Assembly: GCA_046263085.1 (NCBI GenBank)
Contig: JBHELK010000057.1
Location: 30,317-94,316, forward strand
Direction: 5' to 3'
Origin: Actinomycetota bacterium
GTDB taxonomy: Bacteria; Actinomycetota; UBA4738; JACQTL01
DNA: 64,000 nucleotides
This document shows positions 8,616 to 17,807 of the stretch, one piece after another. The notes below the pieces were generated by a model, which ran no database searches, had not been told where the DNA came from, and saw only the letters and a program-made list of their open reading frames with translations. Within the stretch, counting starts at the first letter, position 1, and each line of letters opens with the position of its first letter. A program made the translations under genes and the position numbers.

Positions 8616-9578
8616 ATGGCCATCTCTGGTTTGAACTGGACGCCGCGGCCGGGCCGTTTCCTGCGGTGGTTCAGTCTCTTCTGGATCATCGCGGGGGCGG
8701 GGTTCCTGGTCGCGGGCTTCATGACGAAGGGCGTGTTGGGCGGAGCGAAGCCCACGTTCCTGACGATCGGCGGCATCTGGGTGGCCGTCGGCATCTTCCT
8801 CCGGGTCCTCGGACGCGGCATGACCCGGGGCTACCAGAAACGAGAGCAGCTGCGGGCGACGGGGATCCCCGGCCAGGCCCGGATCGTGTCGATGACGCAG
8901 ACCGGCATGCTCGTGAACGACCAGCCGCAGGTGGAGCTGGAGATGGAGGTCACCGCGGGCGGGCGGCCGCCCTACCGCGTCACCCGCAAGGAGATCGTTC
9001 CGTTGATCGCTCTCGGAAGGCTCTCGAACGGCCAGGCCCTGCCGGTGAAGATCGACCGCGCCGACCCGCAGAACATCGCCATCGAGTGGGAGGGGCCCGC
9101 CCCGACGACGGCCGATCCCTTCGGACCGGGCTCGCCGTGGGCGACACTCGGACCGTCGCAGGCGGCCATGGCAGGCGCGAGCGGCCTCGCGGCCGGCATG
9201 ACCATGCCTCCCGGCGGCGGGGCCCACTTCACCGTCGAGAATCCCGGAGGAGGCCAGGTCGACCTCGGCGACCTGAGCCAGCACGGGGACGTGGAGGCCT
9301 TCAAGGCGAAGATGAAGGCGACCGGCCAGCGGGGGGACGCGACGATCACCGAGGTGACCGACACCGGCATGTCCGTGGGGGAGAACAAGCTCTACGTCAC
9401 CTCGATGCTGGTGTCGATCCCGGGCCGGACTCCCTACACGAGCCGCAGCCCGTCGCTCGTGGCGCCGAAACGGATCCCTCAGCTGGTGGTGGGGGCGAAG
9501 GTCCCGGTGTGGGTGGATCCGGCGAATCCCAACATCATGGTGGCCGACTGGGACGCCGCACCCGGCTCCACATCCTGA
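8616..9578 (+). CDS. Membrane protein with two TM helices and a duplicated DUF3592-like extracytoplasmic domain
   Basis: ATG 8616 (GGGGGGA SD) in frame with ORF 8454..9578. TM segments FSLFWIIAGAGFLVAGF and IGGIWVAVGIFL. Two similar modules ending DRADPQNIAIEW and DPANPNIMVADW. Confidence 0.6.
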   Translation: MAISGLNWTPRPGRFLRWFSLFWIIAGAGFLVAGFMTKGVLGGAKPTFLTIGGIWVAVGIFLRVLGRGMTRGYQKREQLRATGIPGQARIVSMTQTGMLVNDQPQVELEMEVTAGGRPPYRVTRKEIVPLIALGRLSNGQALPVKIDRADPQNIAIEWEGPAPTTADPFGPGSPWATLGPSQAAMAGASGLAAGMTMPPGGGAHFTVENPGGGQVDLGDLSQHGDVEAFKAKMKATGQRGDATITEVTDTGMSVGENKLYVTSMLVSIPGRTPYTSRSPSLVAPKRIPQLVVGAKVPVWVDPANPNIMVADWDAAPGSTS

Positions 9579-9625
9579 GCCAAATCGGAGATTCCCCCGG
9601 GGGCCGCTGTTAGCCTTCGTCGGGT

Positions 9626-12600
9626 ATGTTCCTGCGCTCGCTGACCCTCCGGGGCTTCAAGTCCTTCGCGGAGAAGACGACCCTCGAGTTCGCTCCGGGG
9701 ATCAGCGTCATCGTCGGTCCGAACGGCTCCGGCAAGTCGAACCTCGTCGACGCCATCTCCTGGGTCCTCGGCGAACAGGGCCCGCGCGCCCTGCGGGGCG
9801 GCGCGATGGCCGACGTGATCTTCGCCGGGAGCCCGGCGCGTCCGGGGCTCGGCATGGCCGAGGTCCATCTGGTGATCGACAACTCGGCGGGCATCATCCC
9901 CGTGCCGCTCACCGAGATCGAGATCAGCAGGACGATCTTCCGGGCGGGAGACAACGAGTACCGCATCGGCGGCCAGGTGTGCCGGCTCCTGGACATCCAG
10001 GAGCTGCTCGCCGAGACCGGCATCGGACGCGCGCTGCACACCGTGGTGGGCCAGGGGAACCTCGAGGATGTGCTGACAGCGCGGCCCGAGGAGCGACGCC
10101 AGTACATCGAGGAGGCCGCCGGCATCTCCAAGCACCTCCGGCGTAAGCAACGAGCGGAGCGCAAGCTCGCCGGCATGGAGCAGGACGTCCTGCGCCTGCA
10201 GGACGTGCTCACCGAGCTGCGCCGGCAGCTGCGGCCCCTCAAGCAGCAGGCCGAGATGGCGAAACGACACGAGACCCTGACGGCCCAGGCCGACGAGCTC
10301 TCGTGGCGCATCGCGGCGTCGCGGCTCCGCGACCTCGTCGGCAACCGCGACGCGAAGACCGCCGGTTGGGAGGAGGGTCTGGCCAAGCGGCAGGCCGCGA
10401 AGCAGCGACTGGAGACGCTCGACCGCGACATCGAACGATTGACGGGCGCCCGCGCCGAGGTCACGCGGGGCGTCGCGGAGACCCAGGAACGACACCAGAT
10501 CGCCGAGCTGGAGAAGCTCGAGGCGGAGCGGGCCCTGCGGGAGACCGTGCAGCAGGAGTCCGACGCGCGTGCGAGACAGGTCGCATCGGAGGCGGGTTCG
10601 GCTCGGCTCATCGCGTTGCGGGCGGAGATCACGAGGGCGGAGGTGGCGCTGCGAGAGACGGGGTCCGCGCTCGTCGATCGGGAGCAGGAGCTCGACGAGG
10701 CGGAGCGCCTCTTCCGGGAGCGGGAGCGCGCTCGTCTCGACGCCGAGGAGGAGCGCCGGCAGTTCGCCGAGGAAGCGGCGACCCACCGCGCCGAGGTCGA
10801 GACGCTGCGCAGGTCGCTCGACTCCCAGGAGCGCGAACGCATCCACGTGACGGAGTCGCTCGAGGCGGTTCGCACGTCGATCCGGGAGGCCGGTGAGGAG
10901 CGGGAGACGCTCGAACGCAAGATCGAGACCCTCGACGCGGAGGAGACGCCGCTCGCGGAGCGACAGACCCGGCTCGAGGCCGAGCGCAACGCGCTGCTGG
11001 GCGACATCTCGGAGCTCGACGAGCGACTGCGCGAGCTGGAGGTTCGGCACGAGGTGGCGTCGAAGCGTCTGGCGACGGTGTCCCAGACGGCGGGCACGCG
11101 CTTCATCGCGAAGCACGGCGACCGGGCCGTCGGGTTGCTGCGCGACCTGATCGCGCCCGAACCGGGGTTGGAGCGGGCGCTGGCCGCGGTCCTCGGGCCG
11201 CTCGCCGACGCCGTTGTGTACGAGGAGGTCTCGGCGGCGATCGAGGACGTGCGCTCGGGCGAGGGCGCCACCCTCGCGGTCACGCGGGAGGCGGAGGAAC
11301 GCCGTCCGTCCCTGATGGAGCCGCTGTTGATCGCCGCGCTGAAACCGGATCCCCGGGTCCGGGGGCTCGTGGCGACGCTGCTGCAGGAGGTCTACGTGGC
11401 CGCCGACGCCGCGGGCGCCGCGCGCTCGCACGCCGATCACCCGGAGGCCACGTTCGTGACCCGCGACGGGGTCTGCATCGGCCCGGCCATCGTGCGCACC
11501 GATGCCGTCCCCGACGACGGCGTCCGGGCACTCCGCTCGGAGGTTCGGGCGCTGGACGGCGAGATCGCATCGACCCGCGCGGCGCTGGTGCCGAAGCGGA
11601 CGAAGCTGGACACGCTCACCGCCGAGGCCGCGCGCCTCGTCGAGGCCCTCGAGCATGCCGACGCCGGCATCACCGTGGCGGCGGAGCGCCTGGACCGCCT
11701 GGGCCGCGACGTCGAGTCGATGGCGAAGGAGGAGGACCTCCTCTCCGAGCGTCTGGCGCGTCTGGACGAGTCCGCGGCCACGTGGCGGGAGTCCCTCGGC
11801 GCGCCCCGCACCGGGGCGCACGATCTCCCCGCGCTGCCACCGCATCCCGAGCCGCCCCTGACGCTCCGGGTGGAGGTCGAGACCCTCCGGCGTGAGCGGC
11901 AAAGGCTGGAGTCGACGCTGGCCCGGCTGCGCGAGGAGTGGGGGGACATCGGCACCGCCGAGCCGGGGGATCTGGAACTGGGGGTTCGCGACGCGGAGGC
12001 GAAGCGCGGGGCCGCCGACGAACGTCTGGCCGGGGCGGAGCAGGCGCTCACCGAAGCCATGGGGGCCCGAGACGTCGCGGTCGAGGCCGATCGCGTCGCC
12101 GCGCTGGCCGAAGCCGAGGCCAACCGCGGGTGGCGCGAGGTCGCCGCGGAGCTCGACCGGCTGCGCGAGACCTACGAGGAGGAGGATCGCCTGCGGGGCG
12201 AGCTGACCCGCAGGATCGACGACGCGGAGCGGCTCCTGCGCGAGGGACACGAGATGGATCCCGAGCAGGCCCTCGCCGCGCTGACGGACGAGGACGACGT
12301 CGACGCCCTCACCCGCAAGGCGGAGCTCGTGTCGCGCCGCCTCGGTCTCCTCGGTCGCGTCAATCTCCTGGCCGAGGGAGAGTTCGGGGCGCTGCAGGAG
12401 CGGCACGACTTCCTCGCTCGCGAGCTCGACGACGTGCGCAAGGCGCGCCGCGACCTGCTCGAGGTGATCCGCCAGGTCGACGAGGAGGTCGTGACCCTGT
12501 TCGACGGAGCGTTCCGCGACGTGTCGACGGAGTTCGAATCGCTGTTCTCGGAGCTGTTCCCGGGCGGCGAGGGGAAGCTCCTGCTCACCGATCCCGCCGA

Positions 12601-12988
12601 CCTGTTGCACACCGGGGTGGAGATCGAGGCCCGTCCCGGCCGCAAGCGCGTGAAGCGCATCTCCCTGCTGTCGGGCGGGGAACGGGCGCTCACGGCGCTC
12701 GGCTTCCTGTTCGCGATCTTCCGGGCCCGCCCTTCGCCGTTCTATCTGCTCGACGAGGTGGAGGCGGCACTCGATGACGTCAACCTCCACCGCTTCCTCG
12801 GTCTGATCAAGGGCTTCGCGTCCACGTCGCAGGTCCTGGTGGTGACCCACCAGAAGCGCACGATGGAGGCGGGCGACATGCTCTACGGGGTGTCGATGAA
12901 CCGCGACGGCTCCTCCACGGTCGTGTCGCAGCGGCTCGAGGACATCCCCGACGAGGTCATCGAGGTCCCGGACGCCGAAACGGTCTGA
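9626..12988 (+). CDS. smc: Chromosome partition protein Smc
   Basis: ORF 9626..12988. Walker A GPNGSGKSN, long coiled coils, hinge, LSGGERALTALGFLFAIF signature and Walker B FYLLDEVEAALD. Confidence 0.95.
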   Translation: MFLRSLTLRGFKSFAEKTTLEFAPGISVIVGPNGSGKSNLVDAISWVLGEQGPRALRGGAMADVIFAGSPARPGLGMAEVHLVIDNSAGIIPVPLTEIEISRTIFRAGDNEYRIGGQVCRLLDIQELLAETGIGRALHTVVGQGNLEDVLTARPEERRQYIEEAAGISKHLRRKQRAERKLAGMEQDVLRLQDVLTELRRQLRPLKQQAEMAKRHETLTAQADELSWRIAASRLRDLVGNRDAKTAGWEEGLAKRQAAKQRLETLDRDIERLTGARAEVTRGVAETQERHQIAELEKLEAERALRETVQQESDARARQVASEAGSARLIALRAEITRAEVALRETGSALVDREQELDEAERLFRERERARLDAEEERRQFAEEAATHRAEVETLRRSLDSQERERIHVTESLEAVRTSIREAGEERETLERKIETLDAEETPLAERQTRLEAERNALLGDISELDERLRELEVRHEVASKRLATVSQTAGTRFIAKHGDRAVGLLRDLIAPEPGLERALAAVLGPLADAVVYEEVSAAIEDVRSGEGATLAVTREAEERRPSLMEPLLIAALKPDPRVRGLVATLLQEVYVAADAAGAARSHADHPEATFVTRDGVCIGPAIVRTDAVPDDGVRALRSEVRALDGEIASTRAALVPKRTKLDTLTAEAARLVEALEHADAGITVAAERLDRLGRDVESMAKEEDLLSERLARLDESAATWRESLGAPRTGAHDLPALPPHPEPPLTLRVEVETLRRERQRLESTLARLREEWGDIGTAEPGDLELGVRDAEAKRGAADERLAGAEQALTEAMGARDVAVEADRVAALAEAEANRGWREVAAELDRLRETYEEEDRLRGELTRRIDDAERLLREGHEMDPEQALAALTDEDDVDALTRKAELVSRRLGLLGRVNLLAEGEFGALQERHDFLARELDDVRKARRDLLEVIRQVDEEVVTLFDGAFRDVSTEFESLFSELFPGGEGKLLLTDPADLLHTGVEIEARPGRKRVKRISLLSGGERALTALGFLFAIFRARPSPFYLLDEVEAALDDVNLHRFLGLIKGFASTSQVLVVTHQKRTMEAGDMLYGVSMNRDGSSTVVSQRLEDIPDEVIEVPDAETV

Positions 12989-13007
12989 GGACTAGGCTCG
13001 AAGCGTC

Positions 13008-14048
13008 ATGGGTCTGGTCATCGCGATCGTCGTCGTGCTGCTGGTGCTGGTCGGCGTCGGCACGTTCGTCGTCGTCCGCCGGCGCGGCCGGACGGTCGAG
13101 GGCCCCGCCGTCCGCGAGGCCGAGATGGCGAGGCCGGCCCCCCGCGAACCCGAGCTCACGGCCCCCGCTGCGGTCCCTCCCGCGCTTCGGGTGCCGGTGC
13201 GCGAGGGGCTCGGGGCCCGCATCCGCGGTTTGTTCTCGGGCGGCACGCCGACCGAAGAGGAGTGGCGCCGTCTCGAGGAGGTACTGGTGCGGGCCGACGT
13301 CGGTCCCCACGCGGCGAAGGCCATCGTCGAACGGGTCAAGGAGCGCTACGGCGCGAGCGACGACCCCGCGCAGCTCCTGGCCGAGGAGATCGCCGAGGCC
13401 CTCGCTGGAGAGCACGACCTCGACGTGGCCACGGGCCGGCTGTCCGTGGTGATGGTGGTCGGCGTCAACGGATCGGGCAAGACCACCTCGATCGGCAAGC
13501 TCGCCGCCCGCCTCACGAAGGCGGGGTACAAGATCAGTCTCGCCAACAGCGACACGTTCCGCGCCGCCGCGAGCGAGCAGCTCTCGATCTGGGCGGATCG
13601 CACCGGGGCGCACCTCGTCGCCCAGTCGCGCGGCGCGGATCCCGGCGCGGTCGCGTTCGACGCGGTGCAGGCGGCGAAGGCCCGCGGCTCCGACGTGCTG
13701 CTCGTCGACACCGCCGGCCGGCTGCACACCCGCACTCCGTTGATGGACGAGCTGCAGAAGGTGAAGCGCGTGCTGGAGAAGGCGCACGGCCGGTCGCCGG
13801 AGGAGGTCCTGCTCGTCCTGGACGGCACGACCGGGCAGAACGGCATCGCGCAGGCCAGGGCGTTCACCGAGGCGGTCGGAGTCACCGGGGTCATCCTCAC
13901 GAAGCTCGACGGGACGGCGCGCGGGGGCATCGTGGTGGCCGTTCGCGACGAGCCCGGGGTGCCGGTGAAGCTGGTGGGGACGGGGGAGGGAACCGAGGAC
14001 CTGGCGCCGTTCGACCCGCACGCCTTCGCCGCGGCCCTCGTGGCCTGA
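13008..14048 (+). CDS. ftsY: Signal recognition particle receptor FtsY
   Basis: ORF 13008..14048. N-terminal TM anchor, GVNGSGKTTSIGKLA, DTAGRLH, TKLDGTARGG. Confidence 0.95.
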   Translation: MGLVIAIVVVLLVLVGVGTFVVVRRRGRTVEGPAVREAEMARPAPREPELTAPAAVPPALRVPVREGLGARIRGLFSGGTPTEEEWRRLEEVLVRADVGPHAAKAIVERVKERYGASDDPAQLLAEEIAEALAGEHDLDVATGRLSVVMVVGVNGSGKTTSIGKLAARLTKAGYKISLANSDTFRAAASEQLSIWADRTGAHLVAQSRGADPGAVAFDAVQAAKARGSDVLLVDTAGRLHTRTPLMDELQKVKRVLEKAHGRSPEEVLLVLDGTTGQNGIAQARAFTEAVGVTGVILTKLDGTARGGIVVAVRDEPGVPVKLVGTGEGTEDLAPFDPHAFAAALVA

Positions 14049-14056
14049 GCGTTCGC

Positions 14057-15952
14057 CTACGCCCGCTCCAGGGGGACCGCGACCTTCTCCTCGCCGCCCT
14101 CGCCTTCCTCCCCACGATCCACGGGCGGCTCGGGCTCGGAGAGCGTGGCGTCCAGCGGAAGACGGATCGTGAACGTCGAGCCCTTCCCCACCACGGACTG
14201 CAGCTCGATCGTCCCGTCCATGGCCTCGATGAGACGCTTCGTGATGTACAGGCCGAGGCCGGCGCCCTCCGTCTCCCTGGTCATCGCCGCGCCGGCCTGG
14301 TGGAACCGCTCGAAGATCCGTCCCTGCTCCTCGGGTGCGATCCCCGTTCCGCGGTCTCGCACGCGAAGCCTCATCCGGCGAGCGTCGAACCCGACGCTGA
14401 GCGTGATCGGAGAGCCGTCCTCTGAGAACTTCATCGCGTTGTGGATCAGGTTCCGCAGGACCTGTTCCAAGCGATAGGGATCGATCACGATGGTCTGAGG
14501 GATGTCGCCCTCCACGCGGAGCTCGACGCGGCCGGCGTTCTCCCCGAAGGACGCGATGAGGTTGCCGAGGAAGACCACGGGAGCCACCGCCTCCGGTGCG
14601 ATCGACAGCTCGCCGGCCTCGATCTTCGACGCCATGAGGAGGTCCTCCACGAGTCGCGCCAGCCGGTGGCTCTGGCGGTCGACGATCAGCAGGAAGTCCT
14701 TCATGTCCGCGGCGCTCAGCCTGTCCCCGTTGTGCAGCATCGTCTTGACGAATCCGCGGATGGCGGTGAGGGGTGTGCGCAGCTCGTGGCTCGTGATGGC
14801 CACGAAATCGGACTTCATCCGGTCGAGCTCCGACATCCGGTCGAGCATCTCCTTCTGCCGGGCCTGCAGTCGCGCGCTGTGCACGACGAGCGCAACCTGA
14901 TCGGCCAGCCGGGTCAGGAGGTCGAGCGTGGCCTCGGGGGTCTGGAAGTGACCCCACGTCTCGACGTCGATGGCCCCGATGACCTCGCCGTCCACCCGAA
15001 GGGGCACGGCGGCGGCGGCCTTGACCCTGGGATCCAGCACCACGAGCTCGGTGAGCGCGCCGACGTCGCGGGCGAGCAGGGGCCGGCCGGTGGCGATCAC
15101 CGAGCCGACGAGCCCGTGGCCGAGATGGAACGTCCGCTCCGTCTCCGTGGTCTCCGGGACTCCGTAGCACCCGGCCGACCGGAGCGACCCGTCGTCGTCG
15201 CGCAACAGGATCGCGCAGATCTCGAACCCGAGGTCGCGTCCGATGGCCTCTGCCATCGACTGCATCGCATCGTCCAGGTCCTCCGCGGCCACGCCGGCGA
15301 GGACGGCGGAGTGGAAGAGAGCGACCTCGCGGCGGGCGTCGGCTTCTCGCTGTGCCGCGGCCTCCGCCAGGACGGCTCGATCGTCGGCCTTGCCCGCCTC
15401 ACTGGCCAGGGAGCGCGCCATCACACCGGCGACGAGGGCGATGAGCGCGCCGACGCCGACCCGGAACGTCACCGCGGCGACGTCCGCCTGGTACCCGGGA
15501 TCCATGAGGGTCAGGTGCCATTCCCGGAGTGCCTCCGAGATGGCGAAGATGCCCGACGCCGCGAGGGCGCCGTTCAGCCGGTACCGAAGCGCGCCCTCGA
15601 GCATGAGGACGTAGCCGGCCGCCCACGTCGTCCCCGTGGCCCACTGCTGGTAGTTCCAGATCAGGGCCGTGACCACGGCGATGTCGAGACCGAACGCGGT
15701 GGCCCCGACCAGTCGGAGGCGCCGCAGGCGAGTCATCCGGCCGGCGGCGATCGTGATGACCACGTTGGCCACGCCGAGCAGGACCATCAGCAGGATGGCC
15801 CGATGGACCACACCCCGCGGCGGGACCGGAGCGAGGTGGGTGGACTGCCAGACCTGGAGCACGCCGAAGACGACCGCCACCCATCTGACGGTCGCCATGC
15901 CCCGTTCCAGACGCCTGGCGTCCTCGAGGCCCTGATGTCGCGCTGCGACCAC
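14057..15952 (-). CDS. Orphan membrane sensor histidine kinase with GAF domain
   Basis: ORF 14057..15952. About 5 N-terminal TM helices, GAF-like segment, HisKA box ITSHELRTPLTAIRGF, HATPase_c (GAGLGLYITKRL). No adjacent response regulator. Confidence 0.85.
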   Translation of the reverse strand: MVAARHQGLEDARRLERGMATVRWVAVVFGVLQVWQSTHLAPVPPRGVVHRAILLMVLLGVANVVITIAAGRMTRLRRLRLVGATAFGLDIAVVTALIWNYQQWATGTTWAAGYVLMLEGALRYRLNGALAASGIFAISEALREWHLTLMDPGYQADVAAVTFRVGVGALIALVAGVMARSLASEAGKADDRAVLAEAAAQREADARREVALFHSAVLAGVAAEDLDDAMQSMAEAIGRDLGFEICAILLRDDDGSLRSAGCYGVPETTETERTFHLGHGLVGSVIATGRPLLARDVGALTELVVLDPRVKAAAAVPLRVDGEVIGAIDVETWGHFQTPEATLDLLTRLADQVALVVHSARLQARQKEMLDRMSELDRMKSDFVAITSHELRTPLTAIRGFVKTMLHNGDRLSAADMKDFLLIVDRQSHRLARLVEDLLMASKIEAGELSIAPEAVAPVVFLGNLIASFGENAGRVELRVEGDIPQTIVIDPYRLEQVLRNLIHNAMKFSEDGSPITLSVGFDARRMRLRVRDRGTGIAPEEQGRIFERFHQAGAAMTRETEGAGLGLYITKRLIEAMDGTIELQSVVGKGSTFTIRLPLDATLSEPEPPVDRGEEGEGGEEKVAVPLERA

Positions 15953-16042
15953 GTCGCCCCCTTCGTCCCAGGGCAGAGCAAGGGCCCTGGACGACGGCTC
16001 CTGGGAGGAATCGACACGAGGCTGGGGGCTCCTTTAGCCCGA

Positions 16043-16048
16043 TAGCAT
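16043..16048 (+). promoter_or_regulatory. -10-like TAGCAT, 8 nt upstream of the ffh ATG (leaderless mRNA predicted)
   Basis: TANNNT hexamer. Overlaps the alternative TTG start at 16048, which supports ATG 16057. Confidence 0.4.
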
Positions 16049-16056
16049 TGGTGTCC

Positions 16057-17400
16057 ATGTTCGACACGCTCACCGGACGCTTCGAGGGCGTCTTCCGCAA
16101 GCTCAGGACGAGGGGCAAGCTCCATCCGAAGCAGGTGGAGAACGCCCTCGCCGACATGCGCACATCCCTCCTCGAGGCCGACGCGGCGGTCGCCGTGGTC
16201 GACGACTTCCTGGAGCGGGTCAGGCAGCGAGCGCTCTCGGCCGAGGTGATGCGGAGCCTCACGCCGGCGCAGCAGGTCATCAAGGTGGTCCGCGACGAGC
16301 TCACCGAGACCCTCGGCGGAAAGCATCACCCCTTCGCCCTGCCGAACGCGCGGCCGGTCGTCGTGATGATGGCCGGCGTCCAGGGCTCGGGCAAGACCAC
16401 CGCCTGCGCGAAGCTCGCGCTCCATCTGAAGGAGAAGGGCAAGCACCCTCTGCTCGTCGCCGCCGACCTGTACCGCCCGGCCGCCGTCGACCAGCTGTTC
16501 ACGCTGGGCTCCGAGATCGGCGTGCCGGTGACCTCGGAGGGCAAGAACGCGGAGAAGGTCGCGAAGAGCGCGCTGAAGCAGGCGGACCGCGACGGCAACG
16601 ACGTGGTGATCGTGGACACCGCCGGACGGCTGCACGTCGACGAGGAGATGATGCGGGAGGCCGGACGGGTCCGCGACACCATCAAGCCGCATCACGTGTT
16701 GATGGCGTGCGACGCGATGACCGGCCAGGACGCCGTCGTGCAGGCCGAGGCGTTCATGCGTGAGGTCGACACCACCGGCTTCGTGCTGACCAAGCTGGAC
16801 GGCGATGCGCGGGGCGGCGCCGCGCTCTCGATCACCGGGGTGACCGGCCGCCCGATCTTCTTCGCCGGGGTCGGGGAGCAGCCGAAGGACCTGGAGCCGT
16901 TCCACCCGGACCGTATGGCGCAGCGCATCCTCGGCATGGGCGACGTGATGTCGCTGATCGAGAAGGCCGAGAAGGAGATGGACACCGAGAAGGCCCGGGA
17001 ATCGGCCGAGCGCATGCTGAAGGCCCAGTTCACCCTGGACGACTTCCTGGTCCAGATGCGGGAGGTCAAGAAGCTCGGGCCGCTCCAGGACCTCCTCTCG
17101 ATGCTCCCGAACATCCCCGGGGTCGGGCAGCAGCTCAAGGACCTCGACGTCGACGAAGGGGAGCTCGTGCGCGCCGAGGCCATCATCTGTTCCATGACCG
17201 CCGAGGAGCGGCACAATCCCGCTATCATCGGCGGGTCCCGGCGTCTTCGGATCGCCCGCGGGTCCGGGACCACCACGCACGACGTGAACTCGCTGCTCAA
17301 GCAGTTCGAGCAGACCAGGAAGATGATGAAGCACATGGTGGGCGGCAAGGGCGGGAAGATGCCGAAGATCCCGGGGATCCAGGGCCTGCCGAAGTTCTAG
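16057..17400 (+). CDS. ffh: Signal recognition particle protein Ffh
   Basis: Frame of ORF 16048..17400. ATG 16057 gives MFDTLTGRF. GVQGSGKTT, DTAGRLH, TKLDGDARGG, Met-rich M domain. Confidence 0.95.
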   Translation: MFDTLTGRFEGVFRKLRTRGKLHPKQVENALADMRTSLLEADAAVAVVDDFLERVRQRALSAEVMRSLTPAQQVIKVVRDELTETLGGKHHPFALPNARPVVVMMAGVQGSGKTTACAKLALHLKEKGKHPLLVAADLYRPAAVDQLFTLGSEIGVPVTSEGKNAEKVAKSALKQADRDGNDVVIVDTAGRLHVDEEMMREAGRVRDTIKPHHVLMACDAMTGQDAVVQAEAFMREVDTTGFVLTKLDGDARGGAALSITGVTGRPIFFAGVGEQPKDLEPFHPDRMAQRILGMGDVMSLIEKAEKEMDTEKARESAERMLKAQFTLDDFLVQMREVKKLGPLQDLLSMLPNIPGVGQQLKDLDVDEGELVRAEAIICSMTAEERHNPAIIGGSRRLRIARGSGTTTHDVNSLLKQFEQTRKMMKHMVGGKGGKMPKIPGIQGLPKF

Positions 17401-17414
17401 GAGGAGATCAGAGG

Positions 17415-17807
17415 ATGTCCGTACGGATCAGGCTGACACGCACCGGCAAGCGCAAGGAGCCGCACTACCGCGTGGTGGTGGCGGACCAGCGCAGCCCCCG
17501 GGACGGCAGGTTCATCGAGATCATCGGGAGGTACCACCCGCTCGAGGAGCCGTCGACGATCGAGATCGACGAGGACAGGGCGCTGAGCTGGCTCCGGAAG
17601 GGCGCCCAGCCGTCCGACTCCGTCGCCAACCTGCTTCGCAAGGTGGGGATATGGGAGAAGTTCCAGAGGGAGAAGGGCCAGACGACGAGCGCGAGCCCGT
17701 CCCCGACGACGACGCCGACGGCGCCGATGACACCGACGACGCCGACGGCGGAGACGACGCCGACGGCGGAGACGACGCCGACGACGACGGAGACGGCGGC
17801 CTCGTAG
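17415..17807 (+). CDS. rpsP: 30S ribosomal protein S16 with a Thr/Pro-rich C-terminal tail
   Basis: ORF 17415..17807. MSVRIRLTRTGKRKEPHYRVVVAD core; about 45-aa tail TTPTAPMTPTTPTAETTPTAE. Confidence 0.9.
   Translation: MSVRIRLTRTGKRKEPHYRVVVADQRSPRDGRFIEIIGRYHPLEEPSTIEIDEDRALSWLRKGAQPSDSVANLLRKVGIWEKFQREKGQTTSASPSPTTTPTAPMTPTTPTAETTPTAETTPTTTETAAS

Noticed and set aside
9479-12850. 1123-aa minus-strand ORF, the longest ORF on that strand in this part of the window
   Set aside because: It exactly shadows smc. The product is Arg/Leu/Gly/Pro/Glu-rich with no motif, while the plus-strand frame has Walker A/B, signature motif and coiled coils. This is a typical stop-poor antisense frame of GC-rich DNA.
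17705-17800. Short tandem repeats considered as a possible CRISPR-like or intergenic repeat array
   Set aside because: The units are contiguous 18-mers without spacers and lie inside coding sequence. This is a coding low-complexity tandem repeat, not a CRISPR array.
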